DNA of 64,000 bases from Heteronotia binoei (taxonomy: Eukaryota), in the NCBI RefSeq assembly GCF_032191835.1, contig NC_083228.1, forward strand, positions 8,556,001 through 8,620,000, read 5' to 3'. Below are positions 1 through 11,559 of this stretch, in pieces. Position 1 is the first letter of the stretch. Every line of letters starts with the position of its first letter. The translations under genes and the position numbers were made by a program. The notes under the pieces are model-generated. The model had not been told where the DNA came from, made no database searches, and saw only the letters and a program-made list of their open reading frames with translations.

Positions 1-355
1 GTCCTCATTCTGGGAGCTCTCCAGTTCTCATTTGGATGTTGTCATTTGCCCTCTGTTGCCCTCCTGATATGCTCCCTTACTCGTGTTCCTGCCTGGCTCA
101 TTGGAACCTTTAGGTCTGAGCTGGGGAACTCGGGAACAATGGGCAGGAGGATTCAAATCTCTGCTGCCCTGCTCCAATCACGGGCCGCCTGCTGGTTCAA
201 ATGACCCAATGGCGTCCTTGCGCACGAACCTTGAAGTGTATATAGTTGGCCGCATTGGCCCAGTTTAGCAGTCTTCTAGTTCAGTGATTACCATGCTGTA
301 ACTTAATAAAGAGCTATGATCACAGCTACCTCCCCTCGTCTGTACGTTGAACCCG
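1..355 (+). mobile_element. Probable 3' part of an LTR, cut by the window edge
   Basis: CCAAT motifs (~174, ~207), TATA-like GTATATAG (~238) and AATAAA (~304) in U3-R-U5 order. No partner LTR seen. Confidence 0.35.
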
Positions 356-519
356 CTATATTGTACCCTCGATGAAGTTCAGTGTGTCCCCTCAGGTTTC
401 CCTAGCGGAGGCCCCAAGAGCAGGGATTCCCCCATCACCACTGTCAGTTCAAGAGAGTCACGGGACAAGCACGAATTCAGCTGAGATTGGATTCCAGCTA
501 AAGATTCACATCAATGAAA

Positions 520-1415
520 TGCAGTGACATTTAATGGACAGGGGATTTTTACATTTCACAAATCTAAAACTAGGACTTCATTCCTCTCAGCTGGGATGGA
601 ATCCAGAGGTATCAGAGCGGCTGGGCCCAGCCGGCCTTTTCAGCATCCTCTTGAGTTCCTGTGGAGCCCTTTTCAGTCTCTGCCTTTAACCTTTTTACTT
701 GGGCTAAGGGGACACAAGAGAAGTATTTGGGGTGTCTTCTCTTCCAATCAAAATGTTCTTCTGTTGTGTATCCAGGAGCAATTTAGAGACCAACAAGATT
801 TTCAGGGGAGAAAGTTTAACTCCCAAAAGGTCATAGCCCCAGAACTGCAGACTGTCAACATAGTAAATAAAGTATTGTAGAGAGTGAAAATTCTCAGTCC
901 TGGGGATCTGGATAGCAACTAAGACAGAAAATAATCTATTTTCGCTTCAGGAAACAGATCAGGAATTTCAGCAATTGGGAGAGAAGGATATATTTTTTTC
1001 AAAACCCCTAAGAACAAGAGGGAAAGAAAATCTGCAAAAGTGTCCTACAATTTATCTTTCCAGGAATGGACCATTTCCTCCCATTAGAGTGAAATGGCCC
1101 AAGGCAGAGAGCATCTAATTCAGACTGTGAGAATGACCTCCATTGTGATTCAAGAGGTCCCCACTCAGGAAAGAGTCCTCAGATTGCAGGCTCATTTGCA
1201 CTCAGGTCTAATGGGGAGACAGATAGGGACCTCTGAGTCACCCCTTTGTTGCATGAAGCACCAAAGACCCTGGTTATGTCCCCTATTCCCTGGGGAAATA
1301 AAGCAGAGCTTTTAGGCAGAGCCCTTAAAGTCCAGCTACTGGATTCCAGCAGCTTTTCTGGAATAAAAACATCACCTAGGGAAAGTGGGCTATAAACTTC
1401 CAAAATATGTGCAAG
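520..1415 (+). promoter_or_regulatory. Locus-specific duplicated module, copy A
   Basis: 520-1250 aligns by eye with 12745-13510; 1080-1410 aligns in reverse with 31520-31950. Contains ATTTGCAC (~1194), TGAGTCA (1234-1240) and TATAAA (1391-1396). Promoter role is inferred. Confidence 0.55.
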
Positions 1416-1579
1416 AACACAGTGTGAGGAAATGACCCCTCTTTTTCAGTATTATAGTCACAAGCATGGTTGCCAGGGTGCCTGGAGATTTGACTCTCAC
1501 ACATCTGCTCTAAGAAGTGGACTTTGCTTACAGTTTCTAAGGCTTATGTGGCAGCTTTGCATTCTACATCTCTGAAGGG

Positions 1580-2690
1580 TGTTAGCCAGAACTACAGACA
1601 TGCTTCAGCTGCTCCTTGTGTGCCCAGTCTTGGCCGCTGCAGTGGAAGAAGCCAGGCTACCATGTTTCCAGCCTGTCTCCATGAACCAAAAAGGCTTACA
1701 CCAGAATCCATATTGCTTTCCTGATACAAGCATACCCTGCCAAGCTGAACTAATTCCTCCTTAGTGGGAAAGTCACAGGTACACACCCTGAGCCTGCAAG
1801 CAACCCATCCACTTCATAAAAGGGATTAATAGCTCAACTGGTAATCTTGAGTGTCTAGCAGTACCCTAGACAATGGATCCTGCCAGGACGAAGATAAGGA
1901 AGAGGAGAACATCTCCAGTCTTCATCAAGTCTTTTGTCTACCGGGAGTACCTAGGTGCATATCTGAGCCCCTATTGTTACCTTCCCAGTTAATCACATTT
2001 AAACTTAAGTACCCTGCCATTCCCATTCATATCCCAGTGCAGTACCCTGGAGCCATCCCAGATCCTGTAGCACCTTGGAAATTTCCAGGTTGCACAGGTA
2101 AAAGTGAAGCTCATTGGTCAAAACAGACATCCAATTGAATGTCACCCAAGAGCTCACCATTGGTCCCACTAATGTCCAGCCTTCGCTGTCATCACGGACC
2201 CTCCTTTCTCTCCTCCCTTGGACCTCCCAGCCCTAAGGGCCTAAGAGAGTCTATTTAACCTCTGACCCAACTCCACTCATGTGTGCTTCTATTCAGCAAC
2301 CCACCTTCCGCTGTCTAGATCCATCCCCAATTCTGGCCACAGTTTTGGGTCCATTTCCCCTGTCCTCATTCGTCGCCATCGGAGTCTTCCTTGGAGTCTG
2401 CGAGAGGTAGTATTACCCTGTCTGTTTACCCATATATGTTTCCCTGTCAATCTATCTACTTTTTCCTAGACCCTTTTATGAATGTGTGAATGTTTGTAAT
2501 TGTACCTTGTGTGAAAGAACTTTATCACTTCAAATAAATTACAATTGATTTTATTAAATTAGAGTCCTTTATTGAGCATTTACTGTCTGGACGGTTGAGC
2601 CTGGTATACAATTGATAACAAAGATCCTATTGGGTCAGCTGTCTCTCAGTCTAATTCCCCAAGTTCATTTTGAGAGCAGTTACCCTAACA
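1580..2690 (+). mobile_element. 5' LTR of an endogenous retroelement (about 1.1 kb)
   Basis: Begins TGTTAG and ends CTAACA (perfect inverted termini). Followed 4 nt later by a PBS, then leader and gag-like ORF. Confidence 0.75.
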
Positions 2691-2694
2691 GAAT

Positions 2695-2716
2695 TGGTGG
2701 AGAAAGCGTTGGCATT
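2695..2716 (+). promoter_or_regulatory. Primer-binding site, resembling complement of tRNA-Ala 3' end
   Basis: TGGTGGAGAAAGCGTTGGCATT versus the recalled tRNA-Ala(AGC) complement TGGTGGAGAATGCGGGCATC. First 10 nt identical. Confidence 0.7.
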
Positions 2717-2719
2717 ATC

Positions 2720-2757
2720 CTGTTTGTATGAACACACGCGTGTCTTCATACAGACAG
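2720..2757 (+). other. Stem-loop with palindromic loop in the retroviral leader
   Basis: CTGTTTGTATGAA / TTCATACAGACAG forms a 13-bp stem with one G.U pair, enclosing the palindrome ACACGCGTGT. Confidence 0.6.
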
Positions 2758-3165
2758 ACGTAGGGTTGCACCGTTCAAACAGTCTTGCTAGCGAGGCTAT
2801 TGCGTGAGTGATTGAGTGAATGAGTTCTGTGTGAACGGCTCTAGTGAGCATCTCTATAATTGTGGGTTGGGCTGCTCCCTTTCTATCATTCAGCGTGGAC
2901 TTCTCAGCCGCCCCTAGAAGGCCAGACACCTTGCAAAAGGACTGAGCCCGATAGATTGCAAGGGAGAAGTCCCGTGAAGCCTGGCCGCTGTCCCGAGGCC
3001 TTCTAAACGCGTCTATCGTGGGTGGGAATGTCAGGATAGGTCAGAGCTGTTAAGATCTGGACAGAGCACCCTTCCCTTCTCCCCTTTCTTTAGAGCTTAG
3101 TGCACACACGCACACACACTGCACATACACACTCATACACTTACACACACACGTTAAGTCCCTAC

Positions 3166-3688
3166 CCAACCCCGGTCGAGGCCAGTCGCAGTGACAGGCT
3201 CACCGCTAACTCCGGTCGAGGCCAGTCGCAGAGACAGGCTCACCGCTAACTCCGGTCGAGGCCAGTCGCAGAGACAGGCTCACCGCTAACTCCGGTCGAG
3301 GCCAGTCGCAGAGACAGGCTCACCGCTAACTCCGGTCGAGGCCAGTCGCAGAGACAGGCTCACCGCCAACTCAGGTCGAGGCCAGTCGCAGAGACAGGCT
3401 CGCCGCCAACTTAGGTCGAGGCCAGTCGCAGAGACAGGCTCGCCGCCAACTCAGGTCGAGGCCAGTCGCAGAGACAGGCTCACCGCTAACTCCGGTCGAG
3501 GCCAGTCGCAGAGACAGGCTCACCGCTAACTCCGGTCGAGGCCAGTCGCAGAGACAGGCTCGCCGCTAACTCAGGTCGAGGCCAGTCGCAGAGACAGGCT
3601 CGCCGCCAACCCCAGGTCGAGGCCAGTCGCAGAGACAGGCTCACCGCTAACTCCGGTCGAGGCCAGTCGCAGAGACAGGCTCGCCGCC
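3166..3688 (+). repeat. 40-bp CpG-rich tandem repeat, about 13 copies, in the retroelement leader
   Basis: Unit CACCGCTAACTCCGGTCGAGGCCAGTCGCAGAGACAGGCT recurs at 3201, 3241, 3281 ... 3601, 3642. Confidence 0.95.
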
Positions 3689-4362
3689 CAAAACTTTTAG
3701 CCGAAGCGCAATTAGAGATTGGCAGTAGGCAAAACAAAAGAAGGGAACATAAGTAAAGTTGCCAGCCCAAGTGTAAAATAGCACATAGGAGCCAGAAAGC
3801 ATCTGGAAATATGCTGCTAGTTCTTACACTTGGCTGTGCCTTTAAGAGAATTTAGTGGAAGGAGCAAGAAGCTCTCCCTTAGGGTTAAAAATTTGTCCCG
3901 GGTCTGAGGAGATAGGAACTCTTCCCAGCCGAAAAATTTCCCTTTTGCTTAGAGCCAACGGAGGAAAAGCTCAGGCTCTGAGACTTTTAAAACCTTTTGG
4001 TGAACTCAGGACTGCCCCACTAAGGAAAGGTGCAGGGCCAGTGACTTTTGATGGGTTTGGAGGCAGAGGCTAGAGAAAAGTCCTCCTGAGGACCTCAACA
4101 ATGTGTGCAAGGCCACAAGCCTATGCCACAAACATTTGCTAGTGTTGCAGAGAACTAAGGAAGGTCCTGCAACTCCCTCCTTTACTTGTGAGACACACAG
4201 AGGTGTCCTGGAAGTTCTTTGCTCCCCAATAGGCAGGAAAGTGCCAAGGAAAGCTCCTGCATCAGTTAATTTTGGTGGCCTGTGGTTAGGCACCTAACAG
4301 TGCAGGAAAACCAGCCCTGCAAGTAAAGTAAGAACTTAGAGAGGATACACCCCTGAGCTGAA

Positions 4363-6801
4363 ATGGATCTCTTCACCAAAAAGGAGGAAATCCCCAAACT
4401 GGAAAAGTGGCTGGTAAAGAAAGGGGATAACCCCTGGAAGAGGGGAGTCTTTAACAAAAGCTCCGACCCCCTACAGTTCCTCAGAGATACACTCGAGGAG
4501 CAATGTAAAGCCAAAACGATAAGCGCAGGGAAAATAGACCTGTTCGCTTCATGGGGTTTATTCATAGCCTTGCAGGACAGCGTGGCTATGATTAAACAAC
4601 TTAGAGAACAAAATCAGAAACAAGAGACAGAACTGGAACAAGCTCTTAAAGGTCATGCAACAGCATTAGAACAAGCATACCAAAAATATGCGGAAGAAAA
4701 CAATAACCTAGAACTAGACTGGCAAGAGGCAAAGAGGGAAGTAGAGCAGCTAAAGGTAGAGAAGTTTGCCTTAGCCATGGCACAGCAGGAAACTTTACCT
4801 GCTCTAAAAAAGGCCCAATCGCAGGTAAAAGCGTTGGGAAAAGAGCTGGAACAAACTAAAAACCGAAATGACAAATTGCAACATGCCCTAGAATACGCCT
4901 CAGAGAAAAACAAAAAGGCAAGGGAGGCAGTTAGTCACGAGGTATGTAAGAAGGAGATTGCCGCTCTACAAAAGAAATTAAACCTTAAAAGTGCTTTCAT
5001 AGCTGCCGTCTCAGCCCCTGGCCTCTATGAGTTTTCATCAGATGAGGAAAGTGAGGACGAGGCAGTTGGGAAGTTCAGAGCAGAACAGCCAGCCCCAGTC
5101 CGTCCTGTGGTCACTAAAAAGACCACAGCCAGGAAACAGAAGGAAGCTGAATCTGTAAAAGTAGTGAAGGAAACCAGATCTTGGGGAGCAGAGGATATTA
5201 AAATGACTGCCAGCTTCCTCGGCCCCTATAACATAGACACCTCAGTATTGTGGATGGCTAGCGCTAGAATTAACTACAAAGAAGCCTCCCTAACTGAATT
5301 AAACCATGTGCTGAGATTATGCGCCTCAGGCCCTGAACTAGACAAAGTAAGAAATGTAATGTATTGCCTGAACCCTTCTAATGCCACCATCTTAGAATGG
5401 ATGGCTGAGGTAATATCTTACACCTGGGATGGAGAGGATATAAAAGATCTCTACCATCAGACCTTACAAGGTCATGATGAGCATCCAGTGAACTATCTAA
5501 TAAGGAAGAAATTCCTAGCAGAAGCAGCTAAAGTAGTATTACCCAAAGACAATAGGGAACCAGATTACGAGAATCAAAATTTCATATCGGACGTGATCAG
5601 AGGTCTCAATATACCCACCGTGAAGTGCTATGGCATAACAGCCATGGTAAACACCACCTGGAAAGATCTAGAGGCTAATCTCTACAGAGTTGGCAAATTT
5701 ATGGTAAGAGAGAGTAAAATGAAAGCTGACTATGCAAAAAGGGAAATAATTCATGAAGACTACCCAGCTAGATTAAGTGCTTATGAGAAGGAGATAGAAA
5801 ATCTAACCCACACTCTCCATGAGGCCAAATGGAGACTGGAGAATGCTCTAAAGCATGCCCAAGTCTCTGAACAAAAAGTTGCTGTTTTAGAAACACAGCT
5901 CACTCAGGCACAATTTAATGGCAGAGGCCAGCACCATGCTTACTGGAATCAAGAGCAGGGTGGGCATGGAAAAGAGAGCCAGAACTGGAAGTTCCAAAAC
6001 AGTGGCTTTGGTTCCAGCTCTTCTTGCCATCCCCAGCTTGTCCCAAAGGTTCCCCTTCACAAGCAGGCTCATGCTCCTAGGCAGACACAGTCAGCCTCTG
6101 AGCAACCCTGTCCTCCCTCAGCCCAGTGGACCCCTCGAGACAAGGTCAGAATGGCAGCCTGGTCCCAGCTTAGAGCCACTGGAGCAGACATGAGGCAGTT
6201 TGATAAGCAGCCCACACATGTGCTACTTGCTGCCCTTTCAGAAGCCATGAAGCCACCAGGGCACATGGTTCCCAGAGCCACAGAGTTTGCAGAAAATGGA
6301 GATAGCTTCCCCAAGGCTACTGCTTTGGAAGATTTCCCTAATAAGGAAATGGTAGGGAAAATTACAAATCCTACCCAGGAAAAAGATTTAGAAATCCAAA
6401 AGCTTGCTGAGAAAAATCAGGAACTCCAGCAAAAATTAGAAGCTAGTAAAGAAAAGGAAACTGCCAGTCTCCTGCAACATGTCCTGGAGTCTTGCAGGGC
6501 CACAGAGAGGAGACTAGAAATTCTGGAAGGGCTGGATAAGAGGAAACATGGCGGGGCAAACCCAGCTGTGCAGCCCCAGACTTCTTTCCCCCATGAAAAT
6601 GAGAAAACAATCCCTGTTTCAGTTCTCTTACCCCAGAATCATGAAGGAAATGTGGTCTCTGAGCCTATGCAGAGTTCCACACTCATGGCACAAGGTATTC
6701 CTTTTAGCAAGGACTTGCTCCAGACACTCCTACATGAACAAGCCTCAGTCCTTCTTGCCAGAAATTTTCTGTCCTTAGCTCATCCCATTTGGGGAATTTG
6801 A
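4363..6801 (+). CDS. Gag-like protein, 812 aa, class III (ERV-L/spuma-related)-like
   Basis: Uninterrupted ATG ORF after LTR, PBS and leader. N-terminal coiled coil, PVRPVVTKK, no CCHC knuckle. Motif WSQLRATGADMRQFDKQPTHVLLAAL resembles the recalled ERV-L gag motif W-L-xxx-G...D-xx-PT-xx-LL. Confidence 0.75.
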   Translation: MDLFTKKEEIPKLEKWLVKKGDNPWKRGVFNKSSDPLQFLRDTLEEQCKAKTISAGKIDLFASWGLFIALQDSVAMIKQLREQNQKQETELEQALKGHATALEQAYQKYAEENNNLELDWQEAKREVEQLKVEKFALAMAQQETLPALKKAQSQVKALGKELEQTKNRNDKLQHALEYASEKNKKAREAVSHEVCKKEIAALQKKLNLKSAFIAAVSAPGLYEFSSDEESEDEAVGKFRAEQPAPVRPVVTKKTTARKQKEAESVKVVKETRSWGAEDIKMTASFLGPYNIDTSVLWMASARINYKEASLTELNHVLRLCASGPELDKVRNVMYCLNPSNATILEWMAEVISYTWDGEDIKDLYHQTLQGHDEHPVNYLIRKKFLAEAAKVVLPKDNREPDYENQNFISDVIRGLNIPTVKCYGITAMVNTTWKDLEANLYRVGKFMVRESKMKADYAKREIIHEDYPARLSAYEKEIENLTHTLHEAKWRLENALKHAQVSEQKVAVLETQLTQAQFNGRGQHHAYWNQEQGGHGKESQNWKFQNSGFGSSSSCHPQLVPKVPLHKQAHAPRQTQSASEQPCPPSAQWTPRDKVRMAAWSQLRATGADMRQFDKQPTHVLLAALSEAMKPPGHMVPRATEFAENGDSFPKATALEDFPNKEMVGKITNPTQEKDLEIQKLAEKNQELQQKLEASKEKETASLLQHVLESCRATERRLEILEGLDKRKHGGANPAVQPQTSFPHENEKTIPVSVLLPQNHEGNVVSEPMQSSTLMAQGIPFSKDLLQTLLHEQASVLLARNFLSLAHPIWGI

Positions 6802-9800
6802 AAGCCAGAATTCTGTGGAACTTCAGGGAACGGTAGTCCCACATGGGCAGGCAAGGTTCCTTTGTCTCTGAACCTCCCCCACCCAAAGGAAAATCTTACA
6901 TCTAGACTTGAATGTCTCTTAAAAACAGAGAGGTCTGGCTTTGTAAGGTCTAAAGGTAACAAGGGCACCTTTTCCCTTGACTAAATAAGAAAACATACAA
7001 GCAATGACTTGGACTACAATTAGACCAGGCCATTTCTCCAGGTGAGGCCTGGAGATCTCCTGGAATCTCAGCAAGGGTTCCAGCCTGCAGAGTTAGTTTT
7101 CTCTGTAGGGTAATGGGAGCTTGATGTAATATATTTAGGTTAACCCTTTAAAAATGCCAGCATCAAGTACCTGAGAAAGAGTGGTTGAAATAATTTTTGT
7201 TAATTCAAAGCATTCAGAGCAAAATGTAAGAAACTGACTGTTTTAACTTTCAAATTGGCTGAATGAAAATCTGTGAAACTCCCAAGTTCACCTTTCTCTC
7301 TCTCATGCTTATAAAGTCAGAACATATTTGTTTTCTCAGTTCTATGAATTTTAAATGGTATAGCCTCTGAGCTTGTACAGAGTGCCTGCAGATCAGCCCA
7401 AATAGAGCTGGCTAAAGTATTGCAAATGCTTAGCACTCTTGCCATCAGGAAGAAATGCTAATTGTTCTCCCTCTTGCTCAATGGAAGTCTGAAGCAGTGA
7501 AGGTTTGATAAGTAACTAAGGCAAAGGAATAGAGTTTTAAATGCATTGCCCTGAGAAGTTAAATTTTTATCTCAGGTCTCTTTAAGGTACAAGCAACTCA
7601 ATGTCTTTGAGAGAAAGCCTAATTTTCTTATAGACCTATAACTAGCCAGTGGCAAGAAGAATAGTTTTTGTTTGCCACCATTTGTGTAAAGAACTTTTGC
7701 CCCAGTATCTTCCAGTGGATTGCTGGCTAGGAAAGTTTTCTTGCAGAGCCTCAGAAGAGATCAAATTCAGTGTTTGTAATATAAGAGGTGATGCCTCTCC
7801 TTCTCAAAGGTCACAGCAACACAAGACAGCTAACCTCAAATGGGCAAATCCGTAATTTAAATTTTAAGGTACAGAAAGTAGAGCCTCCAGCTGCAGGAGC
7901 ATCAACAAATGATGTAGTACTGATTGGCAAATCTCATACAGACCCTCTTGAAATAAACTCAGCCAAATTCAGCTTGAGTTAAAGAAACTGGAAAGAGTTA
8001 CAATTTTGAGCCCCACCCAGGCAGAAAGCCCATGATTTTCCTCTCCACCTTTCTTTGTGAAAACTTATCAGGATCAGATAAGAGAGTACTGGCCAAATCC
8101 ATTGTGTCTGTTTTAGCCTTTTGTTAAGCTAAAGCCTTCCCTCACCCCAGAGGGAAGGAATTTTGGATTTGTCTGTTAAAACCTTCCCCTCCTTTCACAT
8201 CTGGGGGGGGGGGGGTGGAAATACAGTTGAGGTATTTTGTGCTATTTTGAATTCTCATCCCCTGACTTTGGGGTCTAAAAGATATAATTTCAAAGGTTTT
8301 TCATTACAAAACTTTTTTTTCAATGTTGCAGTCTCTCAGAGACAGCCTCTTCCCAGCCAGAGAAATACCTGGATGGAAGATGTGCATACTACTTTGTTTT
8401 TGTAAGGTTGCCAGTCTCCAGGTGGGACCTGGAGGTCTCTCCCAAAATCATAGCCTTTTCCCCAGTACATTGAGGCTAGTGCCTCTGGAGGAAATAAGTG
8501 TCCAAGGAAATGGACTGCATGCCTTGTGATTTCCAAATTTGACCCAAATTTCTAGAAATCTCCAGCCTGGAGCTGGCATCCCAAGGTTCTACTTACAGCA
8601 AATCCTTCTCTGCTAGAGAAAATCCTCTGCCTGTAAACTGCCCTAATACCAAGAGTTCTCCTAGATTAGAAGCTTTTTATCTCACAAATTTTGGTTCCTA
8701 CAAGAAGTATAGGACATCTGTACACTTTCTTGGGGTAAAAGTACCCTCTCCCTGTGCTTTTCCTCTCTCAAGCCTCAAGAACTAATACTCTTTGGCAGAA
8801 TTCCTGAAAGGTCTTGGTCTCCATTAGAAATTTGGACTCCTCAAATGTACTTCAGCCATTGATATCTTCATTTGCTCTCTGAATGTCATTTATAGTTATG
8901 TTCCATCTATGATCAATCTTCCCTTTGTGCTATTTGGTGAAGCTTGAGTTTTAATTTTAGTTTAATCCAGTCTGCCTGTGGAAAGAGGTATCCACATGTT
9001 CTTAAAGGGCCCCACCTTGGGGGGGTCAGTATCTTTGTTTGGCCTTAAGCAATATAATGACCAATAGTATATCTTGTTAGAACTAGACTTTTCCTGAGTG
9101 AAAACCCTTTTCTATTTTTCATGTTTTCAAAGAAATGAGCAATAATCTGTCAGATTCTTAACGTAGATTCCTCAGAGTTGATTTCTGATCATGATTTTCT
9201 TCTTGCTACTAAATGTCCTTTTGTGTTATGATTGCACCTATTAAGGCTTTCCAAATTAAGTCTTGTGTTATGCTCAAATTTTGGTCTACTTGATATTTCT
9301 ACTTGGTATCTCTGACTGTTATATTTCAATCTAGAATTGGTCATCTGCCTTGACCATTCTCTCTCCCTCAGTTATTATGATCACAGCATGTTGCCTTCTA
9401 GCAACACATTCTTTGCACTCTGTGTATGCACAGAGGAAAATTGTTCTATGGCACAAGCCTTAAACCTGGAGCATCATCCTAGTTCTGCCTTTTACTCCAT
9501 AAAAGGTTTCTTCCTAAAGAGATATGCTTTCATGCTTCAAGTCTTTCTTTTGACTTGTCCTTGCAACAACTCAGCATTTTAATCTTGGTAGTACAGATGC
9601 CCTGCCACATCTTTTTGCTTTTTATGAATTGTTTTAGTGTGTTTGTCAAGGAATTAACCATAATTTGATTTCTAGGATTTTGTAACTGTCTTGTTAAACT
9701 TGCTCATCTTTTCTTTCAATATAGATGTGCAGGGAATCTGGACCTGCAAATCAAATCTAATGCATGCTCAGTAGTTTTAAGAATTGTTTTATGTATGTGT

Positions 9801-10230
9801 AACCATTATGTTGCTTTTCAGAATTCTTGTTTTGTTAAGTTTTTGTTGGAATCTGTGCTCACATGTGAGATCGTTTTAGCTGAACTAGCCCAGAGAAAAA
9901 CTGGATTTAGTGGGACCTGATCAGCTCACTAATGTCCAGGGTTTTTATTTCTCTGCTCTAGCTCACCTGTCATTTTGGGTATGATCCCTCTCATATAAAG
10001 CTAACTAGCATTGTTCTATTGAGGCCTCAGTTTTTGTTTTTGAAGTTTTTCTATTGTTTTGACAATTTATTATATTCCAAAGCTATAGCAAAGGTTTTCT
10101 TTTGTCTCTTCTTTGTGGAACTATTTTCATTATATGGGGGACGCCCCAAACTATGGTCATTTTCCTGGAGCTCCAAGCTTATGCATAATGTTTTATTTTG
10201 CCCTGTTAATTTGGATGACATGCTGTAAGA
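6802..10230 (+). mobile_element. Degenerate or non-coding internal region of the retroelement
   Basis: No long ORF. Only weak RT-like fragments: ESP*FSSPPFFVK (~8024-8063) and TSVHFLGVKV (~8713-8742). No protease DTG or YxDD found. Confidence 0.3.
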
Positions 10231-10367
10231 ATCCAATTATCACCATCCTCAGGTAGCTGTTTTAGGGCCACAATTTTAGGGCAATTGTAGGACCAGCTGT
10301 AAGTATATTTATTCCTTTCTAACTCTATTGATTTCAGGGATTTTAGACTGGGTTAAGTCTGTATAGG

Positions 10368-10665
10368 AGCCCCGTGGCGCAGAGTGTTAAAGCTGCAGTA
10401 CTGCAGTCCTAAGCTCTGCTCCCAACCTGGGTTCGATCCCCGGCGGAAGCTGGGTTTTCAGGTAGCCAGCTCGAGGTTGGCTCAGCCTTCCATCCTTCCG
10501 AGGTCGGTAAAATGAGTCCGCAGCTTGCTGGGGGGGAAGTGTAGATGACTGGGGAAGGCAACGGCAAACCACCCCGTAAAAAAGTCTACCATGAAAACGT
10601 TGCGAAAGCAACGTCACCCCAGAGTCGGAAACGACTGCTGCTTGCACAGGGGACCTTTCCTTTTC
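10368..10665 (+). mobile_element. Sauria-type SINE with 14-bp TSD
   Basis: tRNA-like head and typical tail; TAAGTCTGTATAGG duplicated at 10354-10367 and 10666-10679. Confidence 0.9.
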
Positions 10666-11072
10666 TAAGTCTGTATAGGGTTGCATTGTGAGTCCCTCTG
10701 GTTTGCTTTTGCCTCAGTAGACTCAGGAGTGGGAAGTGCGGGCCTGTAGCTACAGGGGGCCCAGGGGGAGTCCAGGCCCATCCTTTCAAAACCCCCTTCC
10801 AACTCTATGGCCCCTCCGTTGGAGGGCCCTTCGCTGACCGCCACTCTGAACACGTAGTAGCCTTGCTGCTGGTCTTTTCGCTTTTTTCTCTCCCCTTCCC
10901 TAACACAGCAAGCAGAGCAAAGGGGGGGGGGAGTCAAGAGGGGAACATAAGAAAGGGGTGGGGGAGCGGAGCTGCTGTGACTGCCCAGGATAATGGCGGG
11001 GGGGGGGGCGGTAACTTGTGGAACTCAAGGCAGCTTACAGTACTGAGAGCGCAGGGCTGCCAGACCAGGTGG

Positions 11073-11559
11073 TAGGGTTGCCAAGTCCAATTTAAGAAAT
11101 ATCTGGGGACTTTGGGGGTGGAGCCAAGATCAAGGCTATGACAAGCATAATTGGACTCCAAAGGGAATTCTGGCCCTCACATTGAAAGGGACGTCACACC
11201 TTTTCAATTCCTTCCTTCCACAGGAAATAATGAAGGATAGGGGCATCTTTTTTGGGGGCTCATATAATTGGACCCCCTGGTCCAATCATTTTGAAATTTG
11301 GGGGGGTATTTTGGGGAGAGGCACTGGATGCTATACTGATAATTTGGTGCCTCTACCTCAAAAAACAGCCTCCCCCAGAGCCCCAGGTACCCACAGATCA
11401 ATTCTCATTATTTTCTATGGGAATAAATCTCCATAGGGAATAACAGAGTTTCCAGCAGACATTTCCCTCCCCTCCCCCCGCTTTCTGAGGACCCTGAAGC
11501 GGGGGGAGGGCCTCCAAACCGGGGGTTCCCCTGCCCCCACCTGGGGATTGGCAACCCTA
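11073..11559. mobile_element. MITE with TAGGGTTGCCAA terminal inverted repeats
   Basis: TIRs at 11073-11084 and 11548-11559. Related full or partial copies near 19507-19968, 25675-25996, 26480-26850, 34500-35030, 43290-43655, 50740-51245 and 52020-52482. Confidence 0.8.

Noticed and set aside
3166-3688. CRISPR-like periodicity here and at 22390-23625
   Set aside because: Units are contiguous with no unique spacers, no cas genes, and the DNA is vertebrate.
10898-10905. CCCTAACA matching the LTR end
   Set aside because: No further homology to 1580-2690, so it is not a 3' LTR.
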